This document shows, piece by piece, positions 36,050-44,445 of a stretch of 63,590 nt of DNA (position 1 is the stretch's first letter; every line of letters begins with the position of its first letter). A program made the translations under genes and the position numbers. This DNA comes from an uncultured Chthonomonadaceae bacterium (GTDB taxonomy: Bacteria; Armatimonadota; Chthonomonadetes; Chthonomonadales; CAJBBX01), in assembly GCA_964396385.1 (NCBI GenBank), contig CAYNFH010000005.1, positions 1-63,590 of the forward strand, read 5' to 3'. Under the pieces are notes generated by a model, which was not told where the DNA came from, did not search any database, and saw only the letters and a program-made list of their open reading frames with translations.

Positions 36050-37375
36050 CTACCTTGCTTTCCCGTACTTGAGGTAGGTCGCGCCCATCGCCCAGTCCAG
36101 CTCGGCGCGGGCCAGCTCCAGGTCGTAGACGGCATCCACCAACTGAGCGCGGGCGCGGGTGGCCGCCGATTCGGCGGTGACCAGCTCCACATAGCTGCTT
36201 AGCTGGAGCCGGTACCGTTCTCCCGCCTGCTCCATCGAGGCACCCGCGGCCTCCGCCTGCTGCCGGGCGACCTTTACCTGCTCGGTACGAGTCTGCACGT
36301 TGAGCCAGGCCCGGGTGGCCTGGAGCTTAACCGCCTCTTCCAGCTCGCGCCGCGAGGCGAGCGCCGCCTCCCGCCGCTCCCGCTCCTCCGCCACCCGGCC
36401 CTCCACCGCGCCGCCGGTGTAGAGCGGGATAGTGGCCGCGATTCCTACTGCATACTCCTTGTTCTGCGGGATGACGCTGCTGGGGGCGATGGCGCCGACG
36501 CTCGCGATGGAGTCCAGCCTGGGCAAAAGGTCGCTTCGGGCCGCCTGCACGGACTCTCCGGCGGCCCGGGCTTGCAGGTCCGCGGCCCGCAGTTCCGGAC
36601 GCTGCCGCACTGCCAACCGCGTCACCTCTTCCACGGACGGGAGCGGCGCGCGGTCGAGGGCCGCCTCCGGCGTGGGCTCCGGCGAGACCAGCATGAAGCG
36701 CGTGAGCGAGGTCTGGCCCATCGCGTTGTTCAGCGCGGCGAACCCGGCACTCACGACGTTCTGCGCGGAGAGGAGCGCCGTCTGCGCGTCGGCCAGATCC
36801 GCCTGCGCGAGCTGCGCGTCCACGTCCGCCTTCAGCCCCGCCTCCGAGAAGGTGCGCGCCTGCCGCAGGCTCTCTTCGCGCTGGCGTACGCTCTCCTGCT
36901 GCACGGCCACCAACTGCCGCGCCCGCAGCACGCCCAGGTACGCCTCCTGCACCGCCAGGAGTACCGCCGCCTTCTGCGTCTCCTCATCCTGCTCCGCCGC
37001 CTGGACGAGTAGCCGGCGTGAGGCAACCAGGTGCTGCGTGCGGCCGGAGTCGAACAGCGGCTGCACCAGATTGAGGCCACCCCCGAAGTGCTTCTTGAGA
37101 GGGTCGCCGGCGAGTCCCTGCAGCCCGAAGGCGGGGGCGCCGAGCGGCCCGTCCGTGGCCGCCCCCTGGACGGCAATGCTGGGCATCATCCCCGCCTTGG
37201 CCTGCTGGACGCGGGCTCGAGCCTCCGCGGTCTGCCGCTGGACTCTCGCCAGGGCTGGATGGTTCTTGATCGCGGCCTGGAGCGCCTGCTCCAGCGTGAG
37301 CTGCCGCGGCTGTTCCTGGGCCACGGCCGTCATCGCGCAGATGGCGCAGATCACCGCCGCGAAACCGGTGCGCAA
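36050..37375 (-). CDS. TolC-family outer membrane factor, operon 2
   Basis: Signal peptide MRTGFAAVICAICAMTAVAQE, LTLEQALQAAIKNHPALARVQ, and duplicated TolC repeats. Confidence 0.85.
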   Translation of the reverse strand: MRTGFAAVICAICAMTAVAQEQPRQLTLEQALQAAIKNHPALARVQRQTAEARARVQQAKAGMMPSIAVQGAATDGPLGAPAFGLQGLAGDPLKKHFGGGLNLVQPLFDSGRTQHLVASRRLLVQAAEQDEETQKAAVLLAVQEAYLGVLRARQLVAVQQESVRQREESLRQARTFSEAGLKADVDAQLAQADLADAQTALLSAQNVVSAGFAALNNAMGQTSLTRFMLVSPEPTPEAALDRAPLPSVEEVTRLAVRQRPELRAADLQARAAGESVQAARSDLLPRLDSIASVGAIAPSSVIPQNKEYAVGIAATIPLYTGGAVEGRVAEERERREAALASRRELEEAVKLQATRAWLNVQTRTEQVKVARQQAEAAGASMEQAGERYRLQLSSYVELVTAESAATRARAQLVDAVYDLELARAELDWAMGATYLKYGKAR

Positions 37376-37517
37376 CGTTCCTCCTCAGTACCGGCCGAGC
37401 GACTTACAATCGCCCGCTCGGATGCTTGCCTAATTCGTCCAGCGCGGCCCGGAATCCCTGCGCGAGCTGTTCCGCCGGTCCACGTCCCCAGTACTACACG
37501 AAGATGATCACCAGATC

Positions 37518-38822
37518 TCAACTAGCCGGGAACCGTACGGTAGCGGTTACTCCGCCCGCGCACTGCTGCAGCCGAAACTCCCAGCGGTTGGCCGCCGCAA
37601 TGGCGGTACAGATGGCGAGTCCCAGCCCATTCCCTCCGGTTTCCGAGCTGCGCGCTCCATCTGCCCGAAAGAACGGCTCGCACAGCCTCGCGAACACTTC
37701 CGGCGGCAGCGGCGCAGCGTCGTTGACTACCTCGAGCGTCGCCCTGGAAGTGCCTGTTTCGATACCTACGCATAGCACGCCGCTTGGAGACGCGTACTTC
37801 ACCGCGTTCTCGACGAGATTGCGGACCAGAATGTCCGCGTGGGCCGGCGGCGCCTGAATCTCGCAGTCCGGCAGCCCGTTAGCCCTGATCTCAAGGCCGC
37901 GCTGCCGGATGAGAGCCTGCAGGCCTGCCAATGCCCGCTCTACAATGTCCGCCACGTTTACCGTCTCGGCGGGTGGTGGGCCGTCCGCCACCTCCAACTG
38001 ATTGAGTACGAGAAGCTCCTGGATGAGACTCGATAGCCTGTGTGCCTGGTCGTACGCCTCATCGATGGCATCGCGGTACTCCGCCTTGGTCCGGTCCCCC
38101 ATACGCGCCATCTCCAGGTGTCCCTGGAGAGCGTGAACAGGCGTGCGCAGCTCATGGGATGCGGCGGCATAGAAGCGCCCTCGGAGCGCCGCCGTCTCGG
38201 CAAGCCTCGCCAGCAGATCGTTCAGCGTCCCTACCAGCCGCACTACCTCCGCGTCTGGCGACGACGCATGGAGCTGGACAAGCAGGTTTTCGCTGGAAGC
38301 CGCGCCGGCCTGCGCGGCCAGAGAATCGATGGGCTTCAGCGTCCTTCCAACGAGCATCCATGCGCCGACTCCTACTGCGACAAGGACGCACAGGCTGACA
38401 AGGAGCAGGCAAGCCGCGAGGCTGCGGAGGCCCGCGGCCGTCTTTTCCCACGGCATGCCGACGACCACCTCGTAGGGGCCTGAGCCCGCAGTCACCGTTC
38501 GCCAACCGTCTCTCGGCGACCGCGGCCAGGGGGGAATGCGGTCACCGGCCCGGCGCAGGACCTTGCCGCTCCTATCGAGGATGAGAAATCCGATGTTGTC
38601 TGCCCGGAAGTCCGGCAGCTCATCCTCGAAGCCCGCTTGCGGTCCTTCCGTTGCCGCATCATGATCTATGCGGTCGGCCGCAGCGCGCAGCACGGCATCG
38701 GCCGTCCGCTCCGCGGCGCTGCGGGCGTAGAGGAGAATTCCGCTGCACACGAGGGTAAGCAGCATCGCTACGGCCAACACAAAGATCGTGGTCATGCGCG
38801 CGCGGATGGAATTAGGCCGCAT
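37518..38822 (-). CDS. sensor histidine kinase (TM-sensor-TM-HAMP-HisKA-HATPase)
   Basis: AASHELRTPVHALQGHLEMA is the H-box. The C-terminal N/G boxes are NLVENAVKYA and GGNGLGLAICTAIA. The start is ambiguous: 38846, 38822 or 38795. Confidence 0.85.
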   Translation of the reverse strand: MRPNSIRARMTTIFVLAVAMLLTLVCSGILLYARSAAERTADAVLRAAADRIDHDAATEGPQAGFEDELPDFRADNIGFLILDRSGKVLRRAGDRIPPWPRSPRDGWRTVTAGSGPYEVVVGMPWEKTAAGLRSLAACLLLVSLCVLVAVGVGAWMLVGRTLKPIDSLAAQAGAASSENLLVQLHASSPDAEVVRLVGTLNDLLARLAETAALRGRFYAAASHELRTPVHALQGHLEMARMGDRTKAEYRDAIDEAYDQAHRLSSLIQELLVLNQLEVADGPPPAETVNVADIVERALAGLQALIRQRGLEIRANGLPDCEIQAPPAHADILVRNLVENAVKYASPSGVLCVGIETGTSRATLEVVNDAAPLPPEVFARLCEPFFRADGARSSETGGNGLGLAICTAIAAANRWEFRLQQCAGGVTATVRFPAS

Positions 38823-39489
38823 CGGGCGCTTCCAGGCGGAATCCAACTCCGCGGACCGTGTGGATCAGTGGCGACTCAAAGCCCTTGTCGACTTTGCTTC
38901 GGAGGTAGCCGATATATACGTCAACAACGTTGTCGTTGCCGTCGAAGTCATACTGCCAAACGTGCTCTAGAATCATGGAGCGTGTTGCGACGCGCCCCGC
39001 GTTGCGCATGAGGTACTCCAGCAGGGAGTACTCGGTAGCCGATAGGTGGATACTCTTCCCGGCCCGAACTGCGCGCCGTGTCGCCGGCTCCAGCGTCAGG
39101 TCCGCTACCCGCAGCACCGCCGGAGCGGAGCTGCCGCGGCGCAGCAGCGCGCGCATACGTGCCAGGAGCTCGGCTATCTGAAACGGCTTGACGATATAGT
39201 CGTCCGCGCCGCTGTCCAGCCCCTCGATCTTGTCCTCCAGTGTGTCCTTCGCGGTAATAATCAGCACCGGCGTGCCAATATGCGCGGCGCGCAGACGCCT
39301 GCAGACCTCGAACCCATCGAGGCTTGGCAGCAGCACGTCTAGCAGGATGAGGTCAAATGACCTCGTGCGGGCCGATTCCAGCGCGGCGACGCCGTCACCC
39401 GCGACCTGCGGCGAGTATCCGGCCTCCGATACAGCCCGCTCCAGCAAGCGAGCGCCGCTTGGATCGTCCTCCACAATCAACACGTTCAT
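38812..39489 (-). CDS. OmpR/PhoB-family response regulator
   Basis: MNVLIVEDDP...DLILLDVLLPSLDGFEV receiver domain plus a winged-helix C-terminus (LSATEYSLLEYLMRNAGRVATRSMILEHVW...VDVYIGYLRSKVD). Confidence 0.9.
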   Translation of the reverse strand: MNVLIVEDDPSGARLLERAVSEAGYSPQVAGDGVAALESARTRSFDLILLDVLLPSLDGFEVCRRLRAAHIGTPVLIITAKDTLEDKIEGLDSGADDYIVKPFQIAELLARMRALLRRGSSAPAVLRVADLTLEPATRRAVRAGKSIHLSATEYSLLEYLMRNAGRVATRSMILEHVWQYDFDGNDNVVDVYIGYLRSKVDKGFESPLIHTVRGVGFRLEAPDAA

Positions 39490-39768
39490 ACTTCACGCGA
39501 GGCTATGATTGCCACCAGCGGCGGTACCGACAAAGAAGGAGTATGGAGGCGGTTCTTAAGAGAAGTATGAAAATCGCCTGAGATTCTTCTCAGACTGCCG
39601 CGTGCGGAGAGGCAATGCGTTAGAAGCTCTCTTGTCAACTGCTGCCGTGTCTCCTTTCCCTGCGAAATGGGCGTTCCCCTTTCCGCCTCACTGCCCGGCG
39701 CGATAGGAACTCGCTGGAGCGGAGGGAAATAGGAGGATGAGACAGTCCCGTAATATCGTTAGGAGGAA

Positions 39769-40509
39769 GTGAAGTTGTCATCGCAAGACCACCCCGACGT
39801 TACCCCACAGCGGATCATGCAGTTCGCGTTCGGCTTTGGGCCGCCGCTTGTGCTGGACACCGCGATCCAGTTGGGGATATTCGACGCCCTGGCGGAGCAG
39901 CCCCGCACGGTTGAGGAGGTCGCGAAGCAGGTCGGCGCTTCCACGCGAGGTGTAAGCGCCGTACTGGGCGTCCTCGCCGCGTTGGAGTTCGCATCCAAGG
40001 ACGTGGACGGCCGCTACAGCCTCACGCCGGAGAGCGCCGAGTTTCTCGTGCGCAACAAGCCGAGCTACTTCGGGACCTTACTGCACCACCTGGTGGACCG
40101 CGAGCTGCCGCACTGGATGAGGCTCCTTAGTATTGTGCGCACAGGCAAACCGGACCACGCCGTAAACCAGGAGGCGTCCGGTGCGCCCTTCTTCGAGGAA
40201 TTCGTGGAGGCGCTCTTCCCTTTGGGGTACGCGGCCGCGCAGCGCCTTGCGGACGAGCTCCGCGTTGCCGAGACGCGACAGCCAATCTCCGTGCTGGACC
40301 TGGCAGCAGGCTCCGGCGTTTGGAGCATCGCCATCGCGCAGAAGTCGCCCCAGGTGACCGTCACAGCGGTGGACTGGCCGGGAGTGCTGCCAGTAACAAG
40401 GAGGGTAGCGGCGCGGTTCGGGCTGGAGTCGCGCTACCGGTTCGTAGCGGGAGACCTGCTGGATTCGCCGGGTCCATCCCCGCTCATCCTGGCGACGCGA
40501 CCCACATAG
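39769..40509 (+). pseudogene. O-methyltransferase (winged-helix dimerisation domain + class I MT), apparently C-terminally truncated
   Basis: wHTH (TVEEVAKQVGASTRGVSAVLGVLAAL), motif I VLDLAAGSGVWSIAIA, then FVAGDLLD. It stops about 90 aa short of the usual fold. The better start is probably TTG 39775, which is 7 nt after AGGAGGA. Confidence 0.5.
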
Positions 40510-40518
40510 GAGAATTGA

Positions 40519-40547
40519 GACAGCCCGGGAAGACTTTCCGGGCTGTC
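40519..40547. terminator. 10-bp perfect hairpin between convergent genes (likely bidirectional terminator)
   Basis: GACAGCCCGG(40519-40528) / 9-nt loop / CCGGGCTGTC(40538-40547). Confidence 0.6.
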
Positions 40548-40563
40548 CTAGAAGTGGCGGCGC

Positions 40564-41586
40564 CTAGATCCCCGGAATCACGCGGGGGGCGTTGTCCACG
40601 TAGAGCTTGTGGAGCACGTCGTCCGGAAGGTCCAGCGCCGATATCTGCCAGAATCCGTGCTGCGGGTAGAGCCAGTACTCGATGACCTCGTCGTCCGTCT
40701 CGAGGAACCGGAAGTGGTGCCGGTACATGTCCAGCGTGCAGCCACCGTCGGTGCCGAAGAGGATGCGGTCCTGGTACTTGAGGAAGAACTCCCGGGCGCG
40801 GCGGGGCTGCCGGCCCAGCTCCGCCATGCGGGCGGAGAAGTCCACCACGTAGTTGGGGCATCGGTCCAACAGGCGCGACGCCCGGTCCAGGTCCTCTACC
40901 TCGCTGCCCACATGCGCGCCGATGAACGTGGTGTCTGGGTGCCGCTCCACCACGCGGTCTCGCTCCTCCAGGAGCTGGAAGAGGGGCGGGTAGTCGCCGC
41001 TGTAGAAGTGCCAGTCCGGGTGCTTGATGAGCTGGGCGTACCGCTCGTTGTACTCGTCCAGCGGATCGAAGAAGGCCCAGGGGTCCGCCACATGGATCAT
41101 GACCGGCAGCCCCAGATCTCCCGCGGTCTGCCAGATGGGGTCGAGGCGCACATCATCGACGTGGACCAGACTGCCGTCGGCGTCCCGGACGGATAGGCCG
41201 AGTGACTTGAACACCTTCACCCCCTGTACGCCGGCCCGCCGGGCCTGCTGGATAGCGCGCGCCTCCCGCTCACCGAAGCCGGGCTCCGCGATCCGCTCGA
41301 ATTCCGGCACGTAGAAGACCGCGAACCGCTCCGGACAGCCCCCTTTGAGCAGCTCCAGCCGGCGCGTGAGGCGGTCTCCGCTCCAGCCGGATAGGTCCAC
41401 GAAGACCCGGATGTTGCAGGCGTCCATGATGTCGATGACCTGCTGGAGGTCCATCTGGTCGTTGTAGTGGTTGTGAGCGTCCACGGCCGGGTACTTTGCC
41501 CGCGGCACCTCCGTCTGCTTCACCCGCGCCGCCGGCCTAGGCCGGTATCTGTCCACCGTCACCATCTCGCGTACCTGATCCACCAT
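40564..41586 (-). CDS. amidohydrolase-family metal-dependent hydrolase (TIM barrel)
   Basis: YPAVDAHNHY metal-binding HxH-like start and later HVADPW, IGAHVG, FGTDGG motifs. 340 aa. Confidence 0.7.
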   Translation of the reverse strand: MVDQVREMVTVDRYRPRPAARVKQTEVPRAKYPAVDAHNHYNDQMDLQQVIDIMDACNIRVFVDLSGWSGDRLTRRLELLKGGCPERFAVFYVPEFERIAEPGFGEREARAIQQARRAGVQGVKVFKSLGLSVRDADGSLVHVDDVRLDPIWQTAGDLGLPVMIHVADPWAFFDPLDEYNERYAQLIKHPDWHFYSGDYPPLFQLLEERDRVVERHPDTTFIGAHVGSEVEDLDRASRLLDRCPNYVVDFSARMAELGRQPRRAREFFLKYQDRILFGTDGGCTLDMYRHHFRFLETDDEVIEYWLYPQHGFWQISALDLPDDVLHKLYVDNAPRVIPGI

Positions 41587-41759
41587 CGCATCCCCCTCCC
41601 GCCGTTCTGACTGGCGAAGGATTCGCGCCCCACCGCCCGCCTCCTGCCGAGTTGTTGCGTCCGCAGCGCAAAGGGGGCAGATGCGGACTTCCCCGGAACA
41701 CCGGGACTGCTCGCGCGGTATAACGCATTGGGCCGGCGCGCCGGCCCGGGAGCTATGCC

Positions 41760-42491
41760 ATGCCGCTTGAGCGCCTCTTCGATTCGACCGGCGTCGACAT
41801 CCCGCCGGACGCCCTCTACACGGATCTGGCCCTGCCGGACCCGCCGGAGGACCGTCCGTACACCTTCATCAACATGGTCTCCACGGTGGACGGAAAGATC
41901 CGGCTGGGACCGCCCGGCACCACCGCGCAGGGGCTTGGCAGCCCCACGGACCAGATGCTCATGCGCCGCCTCCGCGAGTCCGCCGATGGCGCCATCATCG
42001 GCGCGGGCACGCTCCGCCCCAGCAACATGGTCTATGATCCGCGTATGTGGCGCGCGGTCGTCACGCGCAGCGGCAGCCTGCCCCTCAAGAACCGGTTCTT
42101 CACCGACGCGCCGGACAAGGCCATCGTCTTCGCGCCGGGCACGCTCCCCGCCAATACCCGCGAGCGGCTGCAGACGGCGGCCAGAGTGGAGCTGGTGGGG
42201 GAGGATTCGGTGGACCTGCCGGAGGCCATGCGCAGGCTGCGCACGAGCTACGGTGTGCAGTACCTGGCGCTGGAGGGAGGCGCGGACCTGAACTTCGACT
42301 TCCTATCGGCGGGCCTGGTGGACGAGCTGTTCATCACCATCGCACCCAAGCTCAAGGGCGGCACGGAGGCGCCCACGCCGGTGACCGGCGAGGGGTTCCC
42401 CGGCTCCAGCTTCCTGCCGCTTGCCATCCGCTCCGTCTACCGCGACGGCAACGAGCTCTATCTGCGGTACGCCGTGCTCCGACCAACCTGA
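41760..42491 (+). CDS. RibD C-terminal-domain / dihydrofolate-reductase-like reductase
   Basis: PYTFINMVSTVDGKIRLG...GSPTDQMLMRRLRESADGAIIGAGTLR...LEGGADLNFDFLSAGLVDELFITIAPKL. Confidence 0.75.
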   Translation: MPLERLFDSTGVDIPPDALYTDLALPDPPEDRPYTFINMVSTVDGKIRLGPPGTTAQGLGSPTDQMLMRRLRESADGAIIGAGTLRPSNMVYDPRMWRAVVTRSGSLPLKNRFFTDAPDKAIVFAPGTLPANTRERLQTAARVELVGEDSVDLPEAMRRLRTSYGVQYLALEGGADLNFDFLSAGLVDELFITIAPKLKGGTEAPTPVTGEGFPGSSFLPLAIRSVYRDGNELYLRYAVLRPT

Positions 42492-42497
42492 GGAGAA

Positions 42498-42578
42498 GGT
42501 GAGAGGTGAGTGGTGAGAGGCCGGAATCCAAACACCTGAACGCCACAGCCCATCACCAATCACCTATCACCCATCACC
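42498..42578. repeat. mosaic heptamer-array element: GGTGAGA GGTGAGT GGTGAGA / GCCGGAATCC core + spacer / CATCACC AATCACC TATCACC CATCACC
   Basis: The right arm is identical at 20 of 21 nt to the right arm of 31083..31141. The left arm is the reverse complement of the right arm of 9013..9062. The spacer contains CACCTGAAC, the unit of 58135..58196. Confidence 0.8.
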
Positions 42579-42592
42579 TATACAGGAGACCC

Positions 42593-43147
42593 ATGGATAA
42601 ACTGTACCGTCAGATACTGGAGCAGCTAGGGGAGGACCCGGACCGGGAGGGGCTCGCCAAGACACCGCACCGCGCCGCGGAGGCCATGCGGTTCCTCACT
42701 CGCGGCTATAACGAGGACCCTCTGGCGATCCTTCGTGCCGCCGTGTTCGAGGAGCCCTACGATGACATGGTCATCATCCGGGACATCGAGTTCTTCAGCC
42801 TCTGCGAACACCATATTCTTCCATTCTTTGGAAAGGTCCATATCGGGTATCTCCCGGCGGGCCGGATTGTGGGAATCAGCAAGCTGGCGCGCGTGGTGGA
42901 CGTCTTCGCCCGTCGGCTTCAGGTGCAGGAGCGCATGACAGTCCAGATAGGCAGCGCCATACTGGAGGCTTTGCGGCCCAAGGGAGTGGGTGTGGTTATT
43001 GAGGCGCGCCATCTCTGCATGATGGCGCGCGGCGTGCAGAAGCAGAGCAGCAAGGTGACCACCAGCGAGATGCTGGGCTCGTTCCGAGAAGACAGGAGCA
43101 CCCGCGAGGAATTCCTGAACCTGCTTCATTTGGAGAGGAACGTCTGA
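42593..43147 (+). CDS. folE: GTP cyclohydrolase I
   Basis: [70 protein letters not shown] 42593 has CAGGAG upstream. The track start 42506 lies in the repeat. Confidence 0.9.
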   Translation: MDKLYRQILEQLGEDPDREGLAKTPHRAAEAMRFLTRGYNEDPLAILRAAVFEEPYDDMVIIRDIEFFSLCEHHILPFFGKVHIGYLPAGRIVGISKLARVVDVFARRLQVQERMTVQIGSAILEALRPKGVGVVIEARHLCMMARGVQKQSSKVTTSEMLGSFREDRSTREEFLNLLHLERNV

Positions 43148-43154
43148 AAGGCAA

Positions 43155-43283
43155 GGATGAAGGATGAGGGATGAAGGATGAATCCGGAACCCGGCCCTCG
43201 ACGGACCGATTCCAGTCGCCGTGACTCCCGTCCTGAAGCGTCGGAACAGCAGTCTGGAATTCATCCCTCATCCTTCATCCCTC
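43155..43283. repeat. composite element: ~28-nt GGATGAR-heptamer inverted arms enclosing a nested GACGG/CCGTC-type unit
   Basis: The left arm GGATGAAGGATGAGGGATGAAGGATGAATCC and right arm GGAATTCATCCCTCATCCTTCATCCCTC pair over about 27 bp (2 mismatches, 1 wobble, 1 bulge). The 65-nt spacer resembles 21353..21390. It lies between convergent folE and an oxidoreductase gene. Confidence 0.8.
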
Positions 43284-44278
43284 TAAAGCTGCACCACCCT
43301 CTTCTCCCGCTCCGACTGATAGCCGCCGAGAATGACCTTCAGGACGGTGATTCCCTCCTTCAGGCTCTGCTCCGGGGTCTTGTTCTGCTCGATGCACTCC
43401 ACGAAGTGCTTTATCTCCCCCACGAAGCCGTTCTCCGGCGTGAGCTCCGCCTTCTCTCGTTCGCCCTCCAGCGGCTGGAAGTACAGGTCGTTGCCGCGCC
43501 CGTAGATCTGGCCCTTCTCCCCGATGGCGTGGATCTGCCAGTGGCCGTTGGGAGCCGGATAGCCCCAGGAGGTCTGGAGGGTGCCCACCGCCCGGTTTTC
43601 GAACCGCACCATCGTCTGGGCGGTGTCCTCCGCGTCCAGGTTCGGCTGGCTGTAGTTGTCGGAAAAGCTCACCACCTCCTTGGGCTCGGAGTTGGCGATG
43701 GAGATGAGCATGTAAGTGGGGTGGTAGCCGGTGTCCAGCGCACAGCCACCGCCCGCCTCCGCGGCGGAGCCTCGCCAGCCCCACTGCGCCTTGCCGCCGC
43801 GATCCTTGATCAGGAAACAGTCGACCGTCCGGAGGCTGAAGACGCGCCCCAGCTTTCCTTCCTGGATCCAGCGCCGCGCAGTCCGTGGCGCCGGCTCGAA
43901 CATCTGGTTGTGCGCGCACATCAAGATGACGCCGTTGCTCTTCACCGCCGACTCGATGTCCTTCGCCTCCTCCAGCGAGGTGCAGAGCGGCTTCTCCGTG
44001 AGCACGTGCTTGCCCGCTTCTGCCGCCTGTACAATGGCGTCGCGGTGCAGGCGGTGCGGCAGGGCGACGTCCACCGCGTCCACCACGTCCTCCGCCAGCA
44101 TCTGGCTCCAGTCGGTGTAGACCCGCGGATCGGATCCCACCTCCTGCGCCCTTCGGTTCGCGTTCGCCTCGTTTACGTCGCAGGCGGCTGTCACGGTGGC
44201 GCGCCCCTCCACCGCCTTCCAGCCCGGGAGGTGCGCCCCCATGATCCCGCCGCAACCAACCATTCCAACCCGTATCAC
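43283..44278 (-). CDS. Gfo/Idh/MocA-family NAD(P)-dependent oxidoreductase
   Basis: MIRVGMVGCGGIMGAHL Rossmann start and EKPLCTSLEEA motif. 331 aa. Confidence 0.85.
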   Translation of the reverse strand: MIRVGMVGCGGIMGAHLPGWKAVEGRATVTAACDVNEANANRRAQEVGSDPRVYTDWSQMLAEDVVDAVDVALPHRLHRDAIVQAAEAGKHVLTEKPLCTSLEEAKDIESAVKSNGVILMCAHNQMFEPAPRTARRWIQEGKLGRVFSLRTVDCFLIKDRGGKAQWGWRGSAAEAGGGCALDTGYHPTYMLISIANSEPKEVVSFSDNYSQPNLDAEDTAQTMVRFENRAVGTLQTSWGYPAPNGHWQIHAIGEKGQIYGRGNDLYFQPLEGEREKAELTPENGFVGEIKHFVECIEQNKTPEQSLKEGITVLKVILGGYQSEREKRVVQL

Positions 44279-44339
44279 GCTCTTTCTCCTTCCGTCGGAA
44301 CAGTGCCCAGTACCAGAACCGTCTCACATGCAGAACGGC

Positions 44340-44422
44340 GGAGTATTGGAGTCATGGAGTATTGGAGTGGTTTCCCGGAATCCGGATTTCTTCACTCCAT
44401 TTCTCCACCACTCCATCACTCC
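44340..44422. repeat. octamer-array palindromic element GGAGTNNN x4 / TTCCCGGAATCCGGATTTCTTC / ACTCCNNN x4
   Basis: Read directly. GGAGT cores pair with ACTCC cores, giving 5-bp helices separated by 3-nt variable spacers. It sits in a divergent promoter region, not after a stop codon. Confidence 0.85.
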
Positions 44423-44445
44423 TTCAGCAATCGGGGAGTAACACT

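Noticed and set aside
41587-41759. Possible riboswitch (THF, preQ1 or folE-type) upstream of the RibD_C-like/FolE pair.
   Set aside because: Only a generic hairpin is visible (GTCCGCA...TGCGGAC). I could not recognise any conserved riboswitch core by eye. A covariance-model scan would be needed.
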